Source: Camelus ferus
Lineage: Eukaryota
Direction: 5' to 3'
DNA length: 64,000 bases
Assembly: GCF_009834535.1 (NCBI RefSeq)
Contig: NC_045697.1
Coordinates: 3,164,001 to 3,228,000, forward strand
Shown: positions 39,949 to 52,520 of the stretch, one piece after another
Layout: every line of letters starts with the position of its first letter
Numbering within the stretch: position 1 is the first letter of the stretch
Notes under the pieces: model-generated
Told to the model about the DNA's origin: nothing
Databases searched by the model: none
What the model saw: only the letters and a program-made list of their open reading frames with translations
Translations under genes and position numbers: made by a program

Positions 39949-40549
39949 GTAAGGGGCATGTTTCTTTCTAGGAATTAATCTTACAGTTGATTTAGGACTC
40001 CCTCAAAGTTTTAATAACATCTCTGAGAGTTTCAGCACTTCTAGTTGGAAAAAAAAGAGAAAAAATAATGGCTCCTGCCTACTCTGTATGAAGCACAAGT
40101 CAGCAGTCACAGACCACGTGGTGGATCTTGCTATTCCCAGCTATAGGCGCAGAAGTGGGTTTACGGTGTAAAGGATTTAAGGTGTCCAAGCAGAGTGAGA
40201 TCTGCAGGCAGCTCTGTGTTCTGGAATACAGCAGGCGTTTCGTAAGTGTGCCTTGCCAGAGGTTTATTTCCAGCAGACAGGTTACATTTCCTGTTCTCTT
40301 ACTCTGTACTCGGGCACAGGGGTGCTGCAGTGGGGCAGGGGGGCCCTTCCCGCCAGAGCGGAGGAGCCCGTCACCCCCCCGCCCCGCACACACAGCTTCG
40401 CTCCCTGGTCGGGCTCCGTTTGTCTGGATGTGCAAAGAGCTCGGGTCCCTGGCGATCCTTGGCTTCCTGCCAGCAGTGTTCAGCTGGTAGCTTGTGTCCC
40501 AGGAACTTTCTGAGGCCCCGCCCCGCCAGCGAGAAGATCCTTTTTAGTC

Positions 40550-41012
40550 CGTTCTTGTTTCAGCGTTCTCCAAACAGAACCATTGGGGGGTGTATGTATG
40601 TACGTGTGTACATATTTTATATGTTATATAATATGTATAAAATTTAAATATAAAATAAAAAATTCTATATGTAACATTGTGTAAGTATGTGTATCTACGT
40701 CCACATGGAGAGATTTATTATGAGAAATCAGCTTCCTTGACCACGGAGGCCGGCAAGTCCAAAATTGTAGTGTGGGCCCGGAGAGCTGACTGCGCAGGTG
40801 AAGCCTAAAGGCAGGCTTCTCCAGCAGGTGAGGTCTGCTGGAGAATCCCCCCTTACCTGTCCATTTTTTAATTTTTTCCTTTCAGGACATCAGCTGATGG
40901 GGTGAGGACCACCCACATCATGGAGGGTAATCCTCTTACTCTGAGTTCACCAATTTAACTGTTAGTTCCATCCACAGACACCCCCAGGTTGACAAGTAAA
41001 GGCGACCTCACA
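40550..41012 (-). mobile_element. MLT2-family LTR with internal TA/TG-rich low-complexity tract
   Basis: ttctccaaacagaacca..gagatttattatgagaa..ggaggccggcaagtccaaaa..cccacatcatggagggtaatc..gttgaca. Confidence 0.75.
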
Positions 41013-42618
41013 CCCCTCGCCCTGGTACTGCGACGGAGCAGGCCTTTCTCTTTGTCCTGATCACAGAATTCATGCCTGCTCCCTGTGGAAAGTTTAGGAA
41101 GTTCAGAGAAACAGAATGGGAGGAATAAAGTCACTCACGAGTCCCCCTCAGGGGCGGCTCCTCTCAATACTCTACGTGTGTTTAAACGAGTTTTTTCCTA
41201 TTCGTGTGTTTCTTTCACAGTTTAGATAATCTGATGCGTTTAATTTCTTATGCTGCTTTTTGGTTTTTTTTTCACTTACCTTTATATTATTAGCAATTCT
41301 CCAGGTTTTTGAAAATGCATAGCAAGCATTTTTGCATTTTCACCAGCTGAATAATATCCAATGCGTATGACTCGACTATCACGTCGAGTCATATATATCA
41401 TGCGTATACACGTACCATGTGTATACCCCGCCCCAGAACAGGCTCTTTTCTTTTTTGAGTCATGATGCTTCGTGTGTGTGTGACTCTTTGCTGCTTCTCT
41501 ACTACCTGAGATTAATTTCCTCGAAGGTGGATTACTTACTAGTCCAAAGAATTATTTTACAAGTTTGATCCATGCTGCTAAGCAAGTTACTTTCCAGAAA
41601 GCTTGGTCCTGTGCTGTCTCCCGTACACAGTGCATCAGAGCTCCTCTTCGACCCGCTCAGACAGGAGCTGGCAGTGCCCTTCTGCACCTTGTTTTCTAAG
41701 GCTGCACTGTGACTGCCTGGCTGGGCCTGTTGGCCTAGATCCCAGGGGTGCTTCCTGGCCTGAGAGCTGGGCTCTGTCACTGTCACTGCACGTACTCGGG
41801 CCCCCCAGGACACCATGATTCTTCACTGCAGCTCTTCCCAGCACCACTGGGGATTGCTGGCCCCTGTCTGCCATCCTCAGCCAGCGCTGCCTGGACCTTT
41901 TATCATGAGTTGAGGGTGTGTCCGCTGTGTCCTGGCATCGCCGGGTACTTTGTCTCCCTGCTGGCCAGTCTCCATGGCACTAGGGTGTGACTCGAGGTTC
42001 TAAGGAGGGACGTCCTGGAGCTGTTACCCCCTCAGAAGACTCCAGAGGGTCTCTGGTCGGAATGGGAGGGGCTCTGCTCAGAACAGTGTCTTCTTCAGAT
42101 ACTAACCTAGAGTCCTAATTGTGCCCCTCACACCCGGATATTAGGACTAAAAGCATTACAAGTATCCAGTGCTCTTTGACAGTTTGAGAGTCCCTTGCCT
42201 CTCTGTGGGCGTCCTGAGTGTATTGCTGCCAGCGGAGACTTGACCCTTGACCAGTTACTGGTGAATGCCAGGAGGAGATTACATGGGTGATGTAGTGTTG
42301 ATTTCTGGAAGGATAATGTGGTTTGGTGAGGGGAATTTTTTTTTTGTAATCCTAATATAATTTTCAAAATGATTTGAATGAAACAGGTTTGGCACTATAA
42401 GCATGTGTTAGTATAACCTTAGGGTTTTCTTTGTTCTTTTTTCCTTTTAAAGTCTTTGTAGCAAACCAGCCAGCTAGTTAGTCTGTGTTACAGTTGAGCT
42501 CTGTCTCCAGATCATTGTGAACGTGGCCCGTGTTTCCTTTCACTTCTGATTGGTCCATGATGAACCACTTTGTCAGCGTGGCCGTTGTAAGAATAACTTC
42601 ATCTTTTTATCCTCACAG

Positions 42619-42700
42619 AAGCTGTCTTCAGAGAGACCAAGCTCAGATGGGGAGGGTGTTATAGAAAATGGAATTACGATGTGTAACGGTAAAGAACAAG
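42619..42700 (+). CDS. AFAP1: AFAP1 exon 8: [27 protein letters not shown](V); includes Ser277
   Basis: cctcacag|AAG...CAAG|gtgagt; 82 nt. Confidence 0.95.
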
Positions 42701-43249
42701 GTGAGTTCTGCTTGTGCCAAGAATACGTAACTAAAAAAACCCTGAAAAACAAAAAACACACAAGACCAAAAAACACCACAGTCAAATCTGTAAACTCTGA
42801 TTGTGTGAAAAAACACCTTGGTAATTCGGTTATGTGGATGTCATCACTGTATCACAGTGACAGAAACCCTTTGGTTAATACTATCCCTCTCTCCGTGTCT
42901 TCATGCCAGTCCTGCCAAACCTCAGCCTGGGTTTTCTCCTGTTGTCTTGACACGTGCCTTGCATAATTTCAATTTACGACTCACAGCAGATTACTTCCTG
43001 ATTTATCACTGAAACGGATTTGCATCTTGCTGGGAGACATGATTTTCGGGGAAGAGCTTAGGATGATGAGACGGTAAACCCGCGTGCCCATCCCAGTGCT
43101 GCCTTTGCTGAAGAAAGGACCTTGAGCACGTTTCTTACCCTTTAATAAGCCTCAGTTTCCCCATCTTTAAAACAAGGAGGCCAGGCTCGCAGATTTCTGA
43201 TCTTTTTTAAGAAGATTGTCTGAAAATGTCTTTTATTTCTTTTACATTA

Positions 43250-44380
43250 AAAAATTTTTTTATTTGTAGTAGAATACACATAACATACAATTTACCTCCT
43301 TAAACATTTTTAAGTCCAGGTTCAGTGGCATTAAGTACATTCACAGTGTTGTGTGGCTACCAGCACCGTCTGTCTCTAGACCGCTTTCCATCTTGAAAAC
43401 TGAAACTCTGTCCCCGTTAAACACTTAGCCCCCATTCTCTCCTCTCCCTGCCCTTTAACTCCTCTAGGACCTTCATACAAGTATGATAATGCAGTATTTT
43501 GTGTGTGTATGACCGGCTAATTTCACTTATTTCACTGAGCATAATGTCCTCAAAGTGCACCCACAAGGCATGTGGCAGGATTTCCTTCCTTTCTGAATAA
43601 TATTCCTTGTCTGGGTGGACCACGTTTTGTTTATCCATCCATCCACTGATGGACGCTTGAGTCGCTTCCCCCTTTTGGCTCTGGTGAATGATGCTGCTGT
43701 GGACGTGGGCGAACAAATATTGAATTCTCTCTTTAAAGTCAGCTCTATAAAGATATCAATCACATACAGCAGAGTTCTCCCCTTTCGGCGTACAGTTCTT
43801 TGAGTTTTGACAAACACAAGCATATAACCGTCCCCATAGTCAAGACTTAGGAGATTTCTGTCCCCCCTGAAACGCTCACTTGTGCCCCTGGCAACCACGG
43901 ATGACTTTTCTGTCCTGAGTGGATCCCGCAGCCTCCGGGTCTGGCTTCCTCAGGTGGGCGTGATGCTTTCAGGGGCGTCCCTGTCGTGGTCAGGGGTCTG
44001 TTCCGTGTCGGGGCCCAGCAGGGCTCCAGGGTGTGATGAGACCATCATCCATCCCCTGACTGAAGCATGCGTCTCCAGGCCTGGGTGACGTCCAGTGAAG
44101 CTCATAGATGCTCATGGGAGGTTTCGCATAAACGAGTCTTCGTTCCCCCGGGCGATACCTCGGGGGGTGGGGGGTCTCCTCGTCGCAGACGCTCACGTGC
44201 GCTCATGTCGCCGCTTTTGTTCTTTTTGTTCTGACCATTTTAGTAGGTGCGTAATTGCGCCTTTAGCATGCATTTCCCTGTGACTAACAATGTGTGGGAC
44301 ATTTTTTCACATGCTTTTTTGCTACCCATTGTCTTCTCTGGGGAAACGCCTGTTAAATCTTTTGCCCATATTCCACCCCT
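43250..44380 (-). mobile_element. Stacked L1M 3' fragments (about 43250-43720 and 43730-44380, resuming after 44975)
   Basis: tagaatacacataacatacaatttacc..tttgtttatccatccatcc; cagctctataaagatatcaatcacataca..gcatttccctgtgactaac. Confidence 0.75.
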
Positions 44381-44384
44381 CCTT

Positions 44385-44975
44385 TTTTTGGTTGAAGTTT
44401 AGTTGATTTACAGTGTTGTCTTAGTTTCTGGTATACAGCATAGTGATTCAGTTTTACATATACATGTATATATTCTTAAAAATTTTTAAAGCAATGTCTT
44501 TTTGTTTGTTTTTTATAGTTTTTTGGGGGGTCATTAGGTTTATTTATTTAATTTATTGTTTTTATTTATTTATTTATTTGTTTAACAGCAGTACTGGGGA
44601 TTGAACCCAGGACCTTGTGCATGCTAAGCATGTGCTCTACCACTGAGCTATTCCCCCCATACAGTGTTTTTCATGTTTTTTCCCATTGTAGGTTATTACA
44701 AGATATTGAGTAGAATTCCCTGTGCTATACAGTAGGACTTTGTTGTTTATCTATTTTACATATAGCAGTTTGTATCTGCTAATCCCAAACTCCTAATTTA
44801 GCTCTCCACCTCCTTTCCCCTTTTTTCTATGTCTGTGAGTCTCTTTCTGTTTTGTAAATAAGTTCACTTGTGTCATTTTTGTTTTTTAGATGCACAAAAA
44901 TGTGGCATAAGATGTTTGCCTTTCTCTGGCTTGCTGCGGCCGTCTCTGGGTCCATCCACGCTGCTGCACGTGCTT
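44385..44975 (-). mobile_element. L1 3' end (cetartiodactyl-type), interrupted by a SINE
   Basis: gttgatttacagtgttgtcttagtttctggtatacagcatagtgattcag..ctgctaatcccaaactcctaattta. Confidence 0.8.
44521..44658 (-). mobile_element. tRNA-Ala-derived SINE, Vic-1-like (camelid)
   Basis: Minus strand GGGGGGAATAGCTCAGTGGTAGAGCACATGCTTAGCATGCACAAGGTCCTGGGTTCAATCCCCAGTAC with Pol III A and B boxes, then (AAAT)n-AAACCTAAT-CCCCCC tail. Confidence 0.85.
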
Positions 44976-47239
44976 TTGGCTGTGCTCTTACCGATTCTTT
45001 TCGTTCTTACTAACTTTTGAGAGTTCTTTATATATTCTGAAGGAGCATCCCTGATCAGATGTGTTTTACTCGTGTCTTGTCCCAGCCTGTGGCTTAGCCT
45101 CTGATTTCTTTTGCAGTGTGTGGACCGAGAGGAGCGGTAGGATTTGTGGGTGGCAGGGGAGGTTTTCCCTCGGCAAAGCCAGCAGCCTCTGTGCTTCCCG
45201 GGTGAGCGGTCTGCCTGGCCAGCTCGCCTGCAGCCTGTCCCTGGAGTGGAGTAGGCACCTCCTAGCGTGAAGGGAAGTCTCCTTAAACCAAATGGCAGTC
45301 CAGGCCGCTAGAATCTTGGAGCTCGAGTCATCCAGACTGCTGTGATGTTTCAGGGTTCATGGCGGAAGGTCATGGTCTCTGCCTTTGCCCGTGTGATTTT
45401 CTATCTCAGTCCTATTGAGTGTAATTTTGGTTCTTTCCATCGGAAGTTACTCAGTGGAAGGTATCATCTGTGTCTTCACAGGGCACATTATGTGTAATCA
45501 AAGCCAGGAAAGCTATCTTTAACTCTTGCCCCAAAATGGAGTAACATGCAATCTCAGGGCTCCCGCTCAGAGGCAGAGACCCAGCGGGTGTTGCTCTGGT
45601 TGGTCTCTTTTCCTGTTGGCAGTTTCTTCTCCCAGGGTCCCTGCACAAAATCTGATTCTCCAGAATGATCTATATGCCTGGGAACATGTGCGGGAACATG
45701 CCTGATATTCTCCGGCTTCCTTCTAACAAGAGCAGCCTTCTGCACCTTGTGAAGGTGCCCTTGGTTCAGATGTCTTTGCCCGGCATGGTGCTTTGCATGG
45801 AGGCAACTCCCAATAAGTAATCACTGAAGAAACTCGTAGTTTAAGCACTTTCGGACCTTCTGCTTAGCTTTTATTCTTGCCACTCACTCTTGGCCAGTTT
45901 GCATCTGAGAATTTTCATTCAAGCCCCCTTGATCCCAGCCGTTTCGGAACTCGGACCGATTGCTCTGCCGGCTGCACAGAGGAAATCCCAAACTCCTGCA
46001 GCTTCTCCTAAATGTCAGACTCACAACAGAACATGGACACGCTCCAGACTCTGTGTGATCAGAGCCACAGGGAATGGCTCTAAAACTCCTGTTTCTCCTT
46101 TCAAGGAGCCAAGCCCTGTCACGTAGTAAACCAGCAACGTCCAGGGTTTGGTGAGCTAGGAAGGTTCCCACTGAAGCTGCCGCTGACGTGGGAAGAGAAC
46201 TGAGCTCCTGCTGCTACTCTGTGTGGAGGCCACGGCTGTCCCCAGCTGGCACCTCACGTTTATGATTTGATCCCGAGTTAATGGGTCTGTTGATAGACTT
46301 ACCAAATAATTAGTCCACTGATGTTAGCCCCACGTCCCCGTTCCTCCCCTAGCCTAAATACCAAAACACCCCTTATGTAGGGTAATAAGGAACTGGGTGT
46401 GTATTTATGGCTTTGAAAATGCTGAGAACTAGCCTTGCTTCAGTGTCTGTCACGCCCCCTCTGCCCACGTTGGCGGTGCGGACTCTCCAGACCTCCTCCT
46501 CTGCAGCTTCAGTGAGATGGGAGTTCTGAGTTTTTAGGCATTTTTTCATCATTCTACTTCGTGTGTTAAACGTTGCCTTCCATTTAACAAATAGTATCAA
46601 CATATCCTTGGTGGCTTCTTTCTCGTGTTCCTACGTACTTTGGCTTTTTCTTCCGAGGACAGCCTCGCGTCCGCTTTTGCAAAAAATGAATCTGTGGCTT
46701 TCAGGGAACTGAAAGCCTCTATGGTCTTCTCTCCTGGGAGGAAGAGTCCAGCCAGCATTTTCCCAGCAGGGCAAATCCTAGTAAAACTGGAAATAAATCT
46801 AACACCCAGCGCTCTCAGTCCTCACTGTGATGCAGGGAGGGCCTGGCTCATGCTCCCGAGCTCTGGGGAAGGTGCCTCCTGGGCACTGATGGTCCTTGCT
46901 GAGAGGGCCTTCTTTTTACAGCTTAGCTCCAGTGAGACGTGGCCACAGATCATCTCCACATGTTTTAGAAACAGCCAAGGAGGGCCATCCACCGGTGTTC
47001 TCACTTTCGCTTTGGTTGAGCTGAAATCCAAATGGCACAGCTGTCCCAGCCACGGGCCCCATGCCTGCCGGCAGCTGGGGAGGAGGTGTGCCCCAGACTA
47101 AGAGGTTAGAATCACCGATTCTTGGTGCTTGTTTTACCAGGGAGTGTAAGGAACAGACAGGAGAGTACAAGGAGCGGGTGGGAGTACCAGTCCCATGTCC
47201 CATGTTTCTAGTATCACAGGAGGCCTTGCCTTGTTCGAA

Positions 47240-47610
47240 GAACAGCACAGGCTGCCGTGACAAGATACACAGACAGGGCAGCTTACACAGCAGACGTTTG
47301 TATCGTGCGCTCCCGGAGGCCAGTGGCCCGAGGTCAAGATGCCAGCAGGGCTGGCCACAGGTGAGGCCCCTTCCCGACTTGCAGACGGCCGCTCCCTCAC
47401 TGTGTCCTCAGCGGCCTCCCTCCAATGCTCACAGTCTCTTCTCAGAAGGACACCAATCCAGTCAGATCAGGGCCCCACCCTTAAGACCTCACTTAACCAT
47501 CATTACTTCCTTGGGGGCCCCATCTCCAAATACAGCCACACTGGGGGTTAGGGCTTCAGCATGTGAATTCTGGGCGGGGGGGAGGTAGCACACACATTCA
47601 GTCTGTAGCA
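47240..47610 (-). mobile_element. MaLR solo LTR, MLT1A/B-like
   Basis: ggctgccgtgacaag..aggtcaagatgccagcagggct..catctccaaatacagccacactgggggttagggcttcagcatgtgaatt..cattcagtctgtagca. Confidence 0.8.
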
Positions 47611-49383
47611 CTGTGTACCCTGAAATATAGGCTGGCTTCTTTATAACATAGTACCTCCTGCCTCAGATGTCGTTAACTGTCATTTCTTTCTAGAGGAAAC
47701 AAGGGGTAAAGCACAGTGACTGACCTCTCAGGCTCTCACTGGGCCCGGGGAGGTGGGAGGAGGAGCTGCAGGGCCCAGAGGCGGCAGGGCTGGGCGAGCG
47801 GGTGTCACGCCGGCCTTGTGCCGCTGGCATGGTGCTGGTGGCAGAGTGGAGACTGAGGAGGGGACAGCGTGCCTGCTCCCCACTCCCCACCAGAGAGCAG
47901 CAGATGTGGGGAAGAAGTGGGAAGTGGGAGGGTGAACACAGAACATTCTTAAAGGGAGGGTTTAGGAATTAGGCCTGTAGTTTATCACCTCACGTCTCTG
48001 AATCCTCTTTCCCTGAAATTATCCTGTGTGATGTATGTGTGCGGATGCGTGTTTTGTGCCCCTGAGGAAAGGGGACGAGGAAGGAATTCTTGACTTTTAT
48101 TATATCTTAAGAAGAATCTGTGATGCCCTCTGGGTTATAGACAGAGGGTTGAGGGGTCTTCCTGGAGAGGACTGGGGAAGGGCTGTTGGGGTTCCCTGGG
48201 GTTCAGGCGATGGTGTTTGGCCTTGATGCTGCGAGATCTTTTCAGGGCCCTCTAGGACGTCACACACCCCTCTTCCAGCATATCCATACCGTAGTGAGGC
48301 TGGACTTGAACATGTGTAGGCCTGGAGGCTCAGCACCCTGTGAGGCCTGGGGAAGGCGCCCTGGACCCTTGGCTCCAGCGCCAGGCACATCAGAGCCCCC
48401 AGGCTCGCCTTTCCAGAGGTGCTCTGCTGAGAAGGGCCTTGTCCCTCAGTCCCTGCCCTGTCTCAGTGCGCGTGCTGATTCTTCGTGCCATGCCCGCTCC
48501 TGTGATTCTGTCGGAGGTCGCAGACAAAACCTGCAGCGGCTGGAAAGCACGAATGGCCAAGGTGGGGCAGGTGCAGGGTAGCGGCTGGCGGCCGGCGCTG
48601 TCTCTGGTGGGGGCATGGGACCATCGTGGACACGGGGCCCACGGGTCCACGCGCGTGGATGCTGCGTCTCTGGGCCCGCCCCTGCTGCCCTTTCCCCAGC
48701 GTGTGGGTTTAGCGTGGGGAAAACTTCCCCAGTTTTCCGAGGGAAGCCAGAAAGCATTTTCGTGCAAAACATTTATGAGTTTTCCCTGTGCAGTTTAGCG
48801 CTGTGCAGGGCAAACAGCGCCAGGGGCTGGGCTGCAGTGCCCGTCTGACAGCTCCGGGGGGTGGGGGGCAGAGTTGCGTGTGAATCGAGCAGGTCACGAG
48901 GGGCTGGCGAGGGTCGCGGAGGGGGGCCGCCTCCCCTTCGCCGCCTGGCCCCTCCCCGTGCCGGCCAGGACGGGGCCGCAGGAGCCTTCCCCCTGTTGCT
49001 GATGCCTCTCCCAGAGCGGCTGCCTTAGCTTCGGCGCCTCTGCTGAGAGTCCCCTCCCCGTCCCCCCTCGGAGGCTTTCCCTGACCGCCTGGTCGCGCTG
49101 CCGCATACCCCGGCTTTAGGTCTACAGAGGCCTTGCCGCCATCTGACCTGCCTCGTGGGTGTGTGTCGGTGTGTGAATGCGTGCACGTGTGTGTGCTCTC
49201 AGCCTGCTCGCCTCTGTTTTCTGCCGTGTTCTCTGGTATCTAGGCCAATGGCTGGCACATAGCAGGCGCTCAGTAAGTAAAAACTGGGGGAAAGAAAATT
49301 GGCCATGATTTAGGCTTTATTTTGATGTCTTTTCAATTAAAGTCTGTAACTGAAACATGCTTTTTTGTTATCATTCTTGACAG

Positions 49384-49533
49384 TTAAGAGGAAAAAAAGT
49401 TCCAAATCGGAGGCCAAGGGAACCGTGTCTAAAGTCACTGGGAAAAAAATTACCAAGATCATCGGTTTGGGAAAGAAAAAGCCCTCGACAGACGAACAGA
49501 CCTCCTCGGCGGAGGAAGACGTGCCCACTTGCG
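49384..49533 (+). CDS. AFAP1: AFAP1 exon 9: (V)[49 protein letters not shown](G)
   Basis: cttgacag|TT...TGCG|gtaaga; 150 nt, phase 1-1. Confidence 0.96.
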
Positions 49534-52364
49534 GTAAGAGGGGGCTTGCTGGCTGCCGGCCCCGCTCCTGCTCACCTCCGTGTCGCCGTCTTCCCAGTCT
49601 CACTGATTTGGCTCTGCTGAATTGGGCCTGTGATCACATAAATGATAGGGAACGGATTACATTTTTATTGCCTATTAATGGGAGACTTTGCAGGGGTTTG
49701 AGATGATCTCTGAGGTCCTTTCAAGATGAAAAACAAACTCTCTCTTTGACCTCATGAAGTTCTTCCAAATTCCTTTTTAAGCAGTTTTAAACTGGAGCCC
49801 TTGCACGTGCCATTGGCCCCGGAGGGATAAAGTATGGTGGAACAGTGACCGAAGTACCACAAGCTCCTTCCCGTGGCCTGAAGTCATGAAACTAGACTTT
49901 CCCGTGCTGCTCCGTTTCTCAGACTTTAGCTTCAGGCCCAACCCAGCTCGTTGACGTCGCCCCCCGCCGGCCCAGGCTTCGTCCGTCAGTGTTTTCTGAG
50001 CAGACGCTGCTTGCTGGGACAGGGTCTGCACGTGGTAGGTGGTGGTGACCGGGATGGTCCCTGCTGTCCCTTGGTGTGCAGTCCAGCAGCCAAAGGGAGC
50101 CCTGAAGCAAGGAGTCACAGAGACAGACGTGTGATGACTGACTCAGGAACACACAGGGACCAAGCTCCATGGATAAGTGACACTTCACGTACGTCAGGTT
50201 CCCCAAGCGACCAGACTTATGAGAACCATGCGGCTCTTCTAAGGGAGAACCTTTAGAGGCTGAAAGATGGATATTTACCCTTTTAAGAAGTAGAGAATGG
50301 GCTGTCCCCTTCCTTGTGTCCCACAGTATGCAGGCAGCTCCCCGTCACTGTAAGTCCCATGATGCCTTTGATCTGTGGCCCCTCTGTCTACCCCCACCCT
50401 CTCTCTCTCACTGAGCATCTGCTCTGTCCGAGCTGTTGGTTGTTTTGGGGACACCAAAGGGTACGTGACTTAGACGCTGCTGTAATGCCCCACTTGGGCT
50501 GCACACACAAAGATGAGTTTATTCGGCAGAGATCCAGCCCCGGGTGTGAGCTCATACTGGGAGGGTGAGTGGGGCTCCGAGGTGGGTTGGCTGGGAGGAG
50601 GGATGGACAGCAGAGTGCGGGGCAGCGACACAGAGCAGCCTTGGGGGCTCCCTGAGGGACGATGGGGTGTATTCTCAGCTCCCTCTGGCTCTCACAGTTG
50701 TGATTCTAGGACGTCACAGGCGGTTGTGCAGAAGTGCGTGAGCAGGGAGGATGGCTGGGCAGGCAGCGGCGGTGGAGGTGTCATCTCAGGGAGGGCCCCA
50801 AGAAGGGCCACCTGGGGCTGAGCTGGGAGGGGAGATGGTGACACCAAAGGAGACCAGGGGTCTGGGAGCTCTGTGCATTCGGAGGTCCTGGACTGGCCCC
50901 GTCAGACAGCTGGGTCACAGAAGCGGGCCAACTGATGTGCCTTCCTATGTTCTGTCCCTGAAGAGAATTTGAGAGCAGCCGTCCTGCTGAAACTGAACCC
51001 GCTGGGCAGGGGTCCTGCAGGAGGGCAGAGGGGGGATCTGCTGATGCTGAGGGCCTGGTGCTCTCTGCCTTTCTGGGAGCAGCCTCAAGCCCTGGGGGGT
51101 GTGGGCCTGTTTCCCTCTCACGTTCACCGGGAGGGGAGATGGGAGTTAGGGGTTGAACATGGAACAGGGACTTCTCCAGCTAAAAGGGAACTACTTTCTT
51201 AGCTTTGTTTTTTGTTCTTAAAACTGCTCTAGGTCAGTGAAGGAAATAGAGGTTCTTTCATGAAGAACAATTAAACATTCATTGGAAGGCGACTTGGAGA
51301 CTGTTGTCCAGGTCCCCCATTTTACACCTAGGACAGAGCACTCAGGAAGGCTGTGGGACTTGCTTTGAGTCACACAGCCCGCTGGGGACAGGGCCTGGGC
51401 CTGCTGACCGGCTCTGTCCATGTGTGCAGCCCATGCGTCCTGCAGACCCCTCACATCCCCGAGGGCTCGCCACCCTCACGACTCCTGGTAGACAGCTGGT
51501 CCGGGACTTGCTCGGAGGCACACCAGGGCGGCTGCAGCCTGTCGCACCACGTGCGGGTTTCCCTCCAACTCGGAGTGGACATCTTCCACCGCTGCTGAGA
51601 GAGCACCCTTGTTCACAAGAGTTTAAAATTGTCGTCTAGCTCTTTGCCAGGCCAGGGGAGGTGCCTGTAGAGAAAGAAAGGGGGAAGATGACAGTTTTCA
51701 GGTATTCTAGGACAGCTGCAAAGCTGCAGGCAGAAAGAGTGGCTGCACGAAGGCCCGAGACGCTGGCCCTGTCCAGCCGAGCCCCTGCAGCTGCGGGCCT
51801 CGTGCCGCAGGCAGGCCGAGGGCCTCTGCCGCTGTTCGGCCCAGCTCTCACCCCTCTCTAGGCCCTGGGCCTGTGGGGGCTGCATTTGGCCCCAGCTGGA
51901 TCTGCTCTACGAACAGCCCCTTGGACAAGATGCTCTGAGATGTGCACGCAGACCCCTAAGCAAAGCAGGGTCTGTTTCTGGCCCGTCTCCAGTGCTCACG
52001 AGTCCTGGAGTTACTGTCACTGTGTAAATTCAGCTGTTGTTACCAGGAATGCATTTCATGTTTTTCTCTCTTCCCCATCCTGTTTCTGTCCATCATTTGG
52101 ACGAGTACCCATCCTCTCAACCATCCACCTTCTTCTCCTCTATGTCCCTGTTGGCCACCCAGAGCGGGGCGGGAACCTTAGGCTAATCCTGTGCTGAGGC
52201 AGTGCAGGGCCTCGAACAGTCTTATCTCTACTTAATTCTCGAGCTTTTTCCCTTCATTACTGGATTGCGGTTTAGGCCTAACTCACCCACCAGTCGTGTT
52301 CCCAGCACTGAGCACAGAGCCTGGCAGAAAACAGCAGCTCAGTGAACAGTTGTCGACCTGGTGA

Positions 52365-52520
52365 ACTCCCTTAAGCAAGTTGCAGACTCCTCTGAGCCTC
52401 AGGTTCTCTACCTGTGAAATGGGCCCATACTCAAATTACTGTGTTGTCCTTCAAATTGAGGATTAAGTCATGAAACACGAAGCTCATTGCCTGCCTCACA
52501 ATTTATGCTCAGTGAAAGGT
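52365..52520 (+). mobile_element. MIR SINE
   Basis: ccttaagcaagtt..ctctgagcctcaggttctctacctgtgaaatggg. Confidence 0.65.

Noticed and set aside
44590..44658. Possible tRNA-Ala gene
   Set aside because: Acceptor stem does not pair properly and it continues into a SINE-type A-rich tail inside an L1; it is a SINE head.
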